A DNA stretch of 35,651 bases from a virus (taxonomy: Duplodnaviria; Caudoviricetes): positions 1 to 35,651 of IMG/VR virus record IMGVR_UViG_3300021408_000054, one strand, 5' to 3'. The translations under genes and the position numbers were made by a program. The notes under the pieces were generated by a model, which searched no databases, was not told where the DNA came from, and worked only from the letters and a program-made list of their open reading frames with translations. Shown piece by piece: positions 33,877-35,651 of the stretch; the first letter of the stretch is position 1; each line of letters starts with the position of its first letter.

Positions 33877-34091
33877 TAACCTAACGCCTTAAGCACCCTG
33901 ACGGCCCGTTTCTGAATCGCGTTTAGGCAACCCTCAGGCGTAGAGTTCACGGTTCCGATACCGTGAACGTTGGCGCTATATCCACCACCCTTGGCCTTAC
34001 GTACCCATCCGCCAGGAATATTCCAAATATAATTTCCGCTGTTGTCAGCTGGGTAGATTCTACCGAAGATCGTAATGCTAGGGATTTTCAC
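33876..34091 (-). CDS. Hypothetical protein
   Basis: 71 aa; translationally coupled on both sides. Confidence 0.6.
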   Translation of the reverse strand: MKIPSITIFGRIYPADNSGNYIWNIPGGWVRKAKGGGYSANVHGIGTVNSTPEGCLNAIQKRAVRVLKALG

Positions 34092-34369
34092 TTGAGTGCC
34101 TTTCGATATGCTCTCGCGTAGAGAACAGCCTTCTCTCGATTTTCGAGTCTGTAGATTTCGTTCTTGAGCTTGATTTCTTCCTTATGATCCAGCCGATACT
34201 GTCTCTGTCGAGCTAGTTCGCGCTCACGGTTGTTGTCTCGATAGACGGAGCAACGCAGCGACTCGAATCCAGGGTCACGCGCTCTCGCGTCAGCTCTCTG
34301 GCAGCGCATGCACTTGAGTCCTCCAGGGTGTCGCGTAGCGCGATCACAGGCGCAACGATTCCAGGTCAC
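34088..34369 (-). CDS. Zn-finger/basic helical protein
   Basis: CAC...CMRC, then YR..N/H.E repeats. Confidence 0.6.
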   Translation of the reverse strand: MTWNRCACDRATRHPGGLKCMRCQRADARARDPGFESLRCSVYRDNNRERELARQRQYRLDHKEEIKLKNEIYRLENREKAVLYARAYRKALK

Positions 34370-34782
34370 AGAAGCGAATCCTCCAGAGCTTGGACAGCTT
34401 CAGCTTCAGAGCGAACTTCCCGAGCGTAACCGCCGCAACGATTCACCAGATCCAGAAACATCTGTTGATCAGCAGAGAGCTTGTCCGGGCCTTCCTTCAC
34501 TTCGAAAGCGAGAAAACGACCATTGGCGTTGATCCCGAGCAAGTCAGATCCACCCTTTCCTACTCCGTAACGAACCCAGCGTTCGTTTTCCAGGAACTTT
34601 TCAAGCGTTCCTATCACAGTGTGAACGTGGCCCGCCTTGAGCTGGTTGAGCATGCCGCGCACCACAGCTGTCTGAAGCTGGGCTGCATTGTATTGTCCTG
34701 ACTGGTTGCGCCAGATGGCACAGCGCGGATCAGAGCCCAATGTGAGCCTGATTTTCTCCTGTAATTTAATAGTTTTCGGCAT
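34366..34782 (-). CDS. VRR-NUC (PD-(D/E)xK) nuclease
   Basis: G.SDL.G....GRF..FEVK.....S..Q..F......GG....RS motif. Confidence 0.9.
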   Translation of the reverse strand: MPKTIKLQEKIRLTLGSDPRCAIWRNQSGQYNAAQLQTAVVRGMLNQLKAGHVHTVIGTLEKFLENERWVRYGVGKGGSDLLGINANGRFLAFEVKEGPDKLSADQQMFLDLVNRCGGYAREVRSEAEAVQALEDSLL

Positions 34783-35038
34783 AGGGTAACCCGCAACCTT
34801 TCGGGGTTGGACAGAGCCCGTCTACCGGTCGAGCCCTGGGAATGTTTGAGCAGAGCTTGCATACTTTCACTGGTGTTCTGTTTTCAGCGCGCAGCTCTGC
34901 ATGCTTCTTACGTGTCTTGTGATTCTCGCTACCAGCCCAACGCGCTTTAGCCGTTGTGAATTGAGCGACATGGCAATCCTGATGCCATTTTCGATTCTTG
35001 GTTACTTCCTTTCCGCAGCCACACTTACACGTTTTCAC
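34766..35038 (-). CDS. Cys-rich hypothetical protein
   Basis: CKCGCG start; CKLC...C....C. Confidence 0.6.
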   Translation of the reverse strand: MKTCKCGCGKEVTKNRKWHQDCHVAQFTTAKARWAGSENHKTRKKHAELRAENRTPVKVCKLCSNIPRARPVDGLCPTPKGCGLPYAENY

Positions 35039-35352
35039 AGCATAGCCCGTATAGCGTTGATTACGCCCGTTGGTGTCTTATTGTGGATCTTCTGAACGGC
35101 GTTCATGATAGTCGTGTGATCGCGTAAGAACGCACGTCCAAGCTCAGGATAACTCATGCCGCATGTCTCGCGAGCAATGTACATAGCAACGTGGCGCATA
35201 AACACTACGCTCTTGTGTCGATCTTCACAGAGTATCGCGCCTGAAGTTGTCGAGAAATACTTAGCTGTTGCATCGATGATACGATCTACAGTAACTACAG
35301 GCTTGAAGTTGACCTGACACCTATAGAGCTGGGATGAGCCTTCACAATTCAT
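35035..35352 (-). CDS. Stand-alone DnaA C-terminal HTH domain protein
   Basis: R.VAMYIARE....SYPELGRAF.RDHTTIM.AV.KI. Confidence 0.9.
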   Translation of the reverse strand: MNCEGSSQLYRCQVNFKPVVTVDRIIDATAKYFSTTSGAILCEDRHKSVVFMRHVAMYIARETCGMSYPELGRAFLRDHTTIMNAVQKIHNKTPTGVINAIRAML

Positions 35353-35492
35353 CGTTTAACTTTCTTCCAAAACCAAACACACGTGGTCTCGTGCTTCTCG
35401 GGTGAGCAGTTGCATTGCGGCCTGTCGCACGTCTCAGTGTGGTTGCCGGCGTACCCGCCGCAGTAAGTGCAGTGCATGATTGTCCTAGCCAC
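35349..35492 (-). CDS. 47-aa Cys/His-rich protein
   Basis: GGAGG SD, GTG start, ATGA overlap; HCTYC..H...C....CNC....H...C. Confidence 0.55.
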   Translation of the reverse strand: MARTIMHCTYCGGYAGNHTETCDRPQCNCSPEKHETTCVWFWKKVKR

Positions 35493-35651
35493 GGAGCTCC
35501 TCCAGTGCTTCGCGAATCGAATGGTTCGCGCTGTAGCGCACGTCCTTGAGCGCAGCGACCGCCCGCTCTACCTTGGCTTGCAGGTCATCCAACAAGTTCA
35601 GCACTACCAATGCGTCTGCGCCTTCCTTCTCAAGCATTACGACCTTGTTGG
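35485..35651 (-). CDS. Partial coiled-coil protein (5' end outside window)
   Basis: Open frame from the window edge to TAG at 35485. Confidence 0.55.
   Translation of the reverse strand, partial: NKVVMLEKEGADALVVLNLLDDLQAKVERAVAALKDVRYSANHSIREALEELRG

Noticed and set aside
1-35651. Stop-codon reassignment or tRNA genes
   Set aside because: Core genes are intact in the standard code using all three stops; no tRNA cloverleaf recognised.

Overview
The window is a ~35.6 kb piece of a tailed dsDNA phage or prophage with a contractile tail. All credible genes but one lie on the minus strand. In transcription order (right to left) it holds: (1) a replication block with a DnaA-C-like HTH protein, VRR-NUC nuclease, Dam-type methylase, Prim-Pol primase, one inverted wHTH-like gene, a P-loop helicase-like protein and a repeat-rich putative origin; (2) packaging genes, namely a TerS-like gene, two paralogous myxobacterial-style lipoproteins (one with an intact metzincin motif, one degenerate), HNH and TerL; (3) a ~3.8 kb accessory island between TerL and portal; (4) a Mu-like head module with DUF935 portal, a MuF protein fused to a lethal-factor-like Zn peptidase plus a small coupled ORF, protease/scaffold, cement, gpT capsid, gp36 and gpG; (5) a tail module with sheath, an intercalated lysis cassette, two paralogous tube genes, a frameshifted chaperone, tape measure, fused hub-spike, baseplate and collagen fibre. 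The most striking unannotated signal is in the island. It has three copies of an 18-bp operator-like word over sigma70-type promoters, and a fourth partial copy lies in front of the lone inverted regulator gene next to a sigma54-like -24/-12 box. Two of the three units follow the same plan: promoter, short ORF, conserved two-hairpin element, RBS, gene. Family calls come from motif recognition and synteny only; no searches were run.
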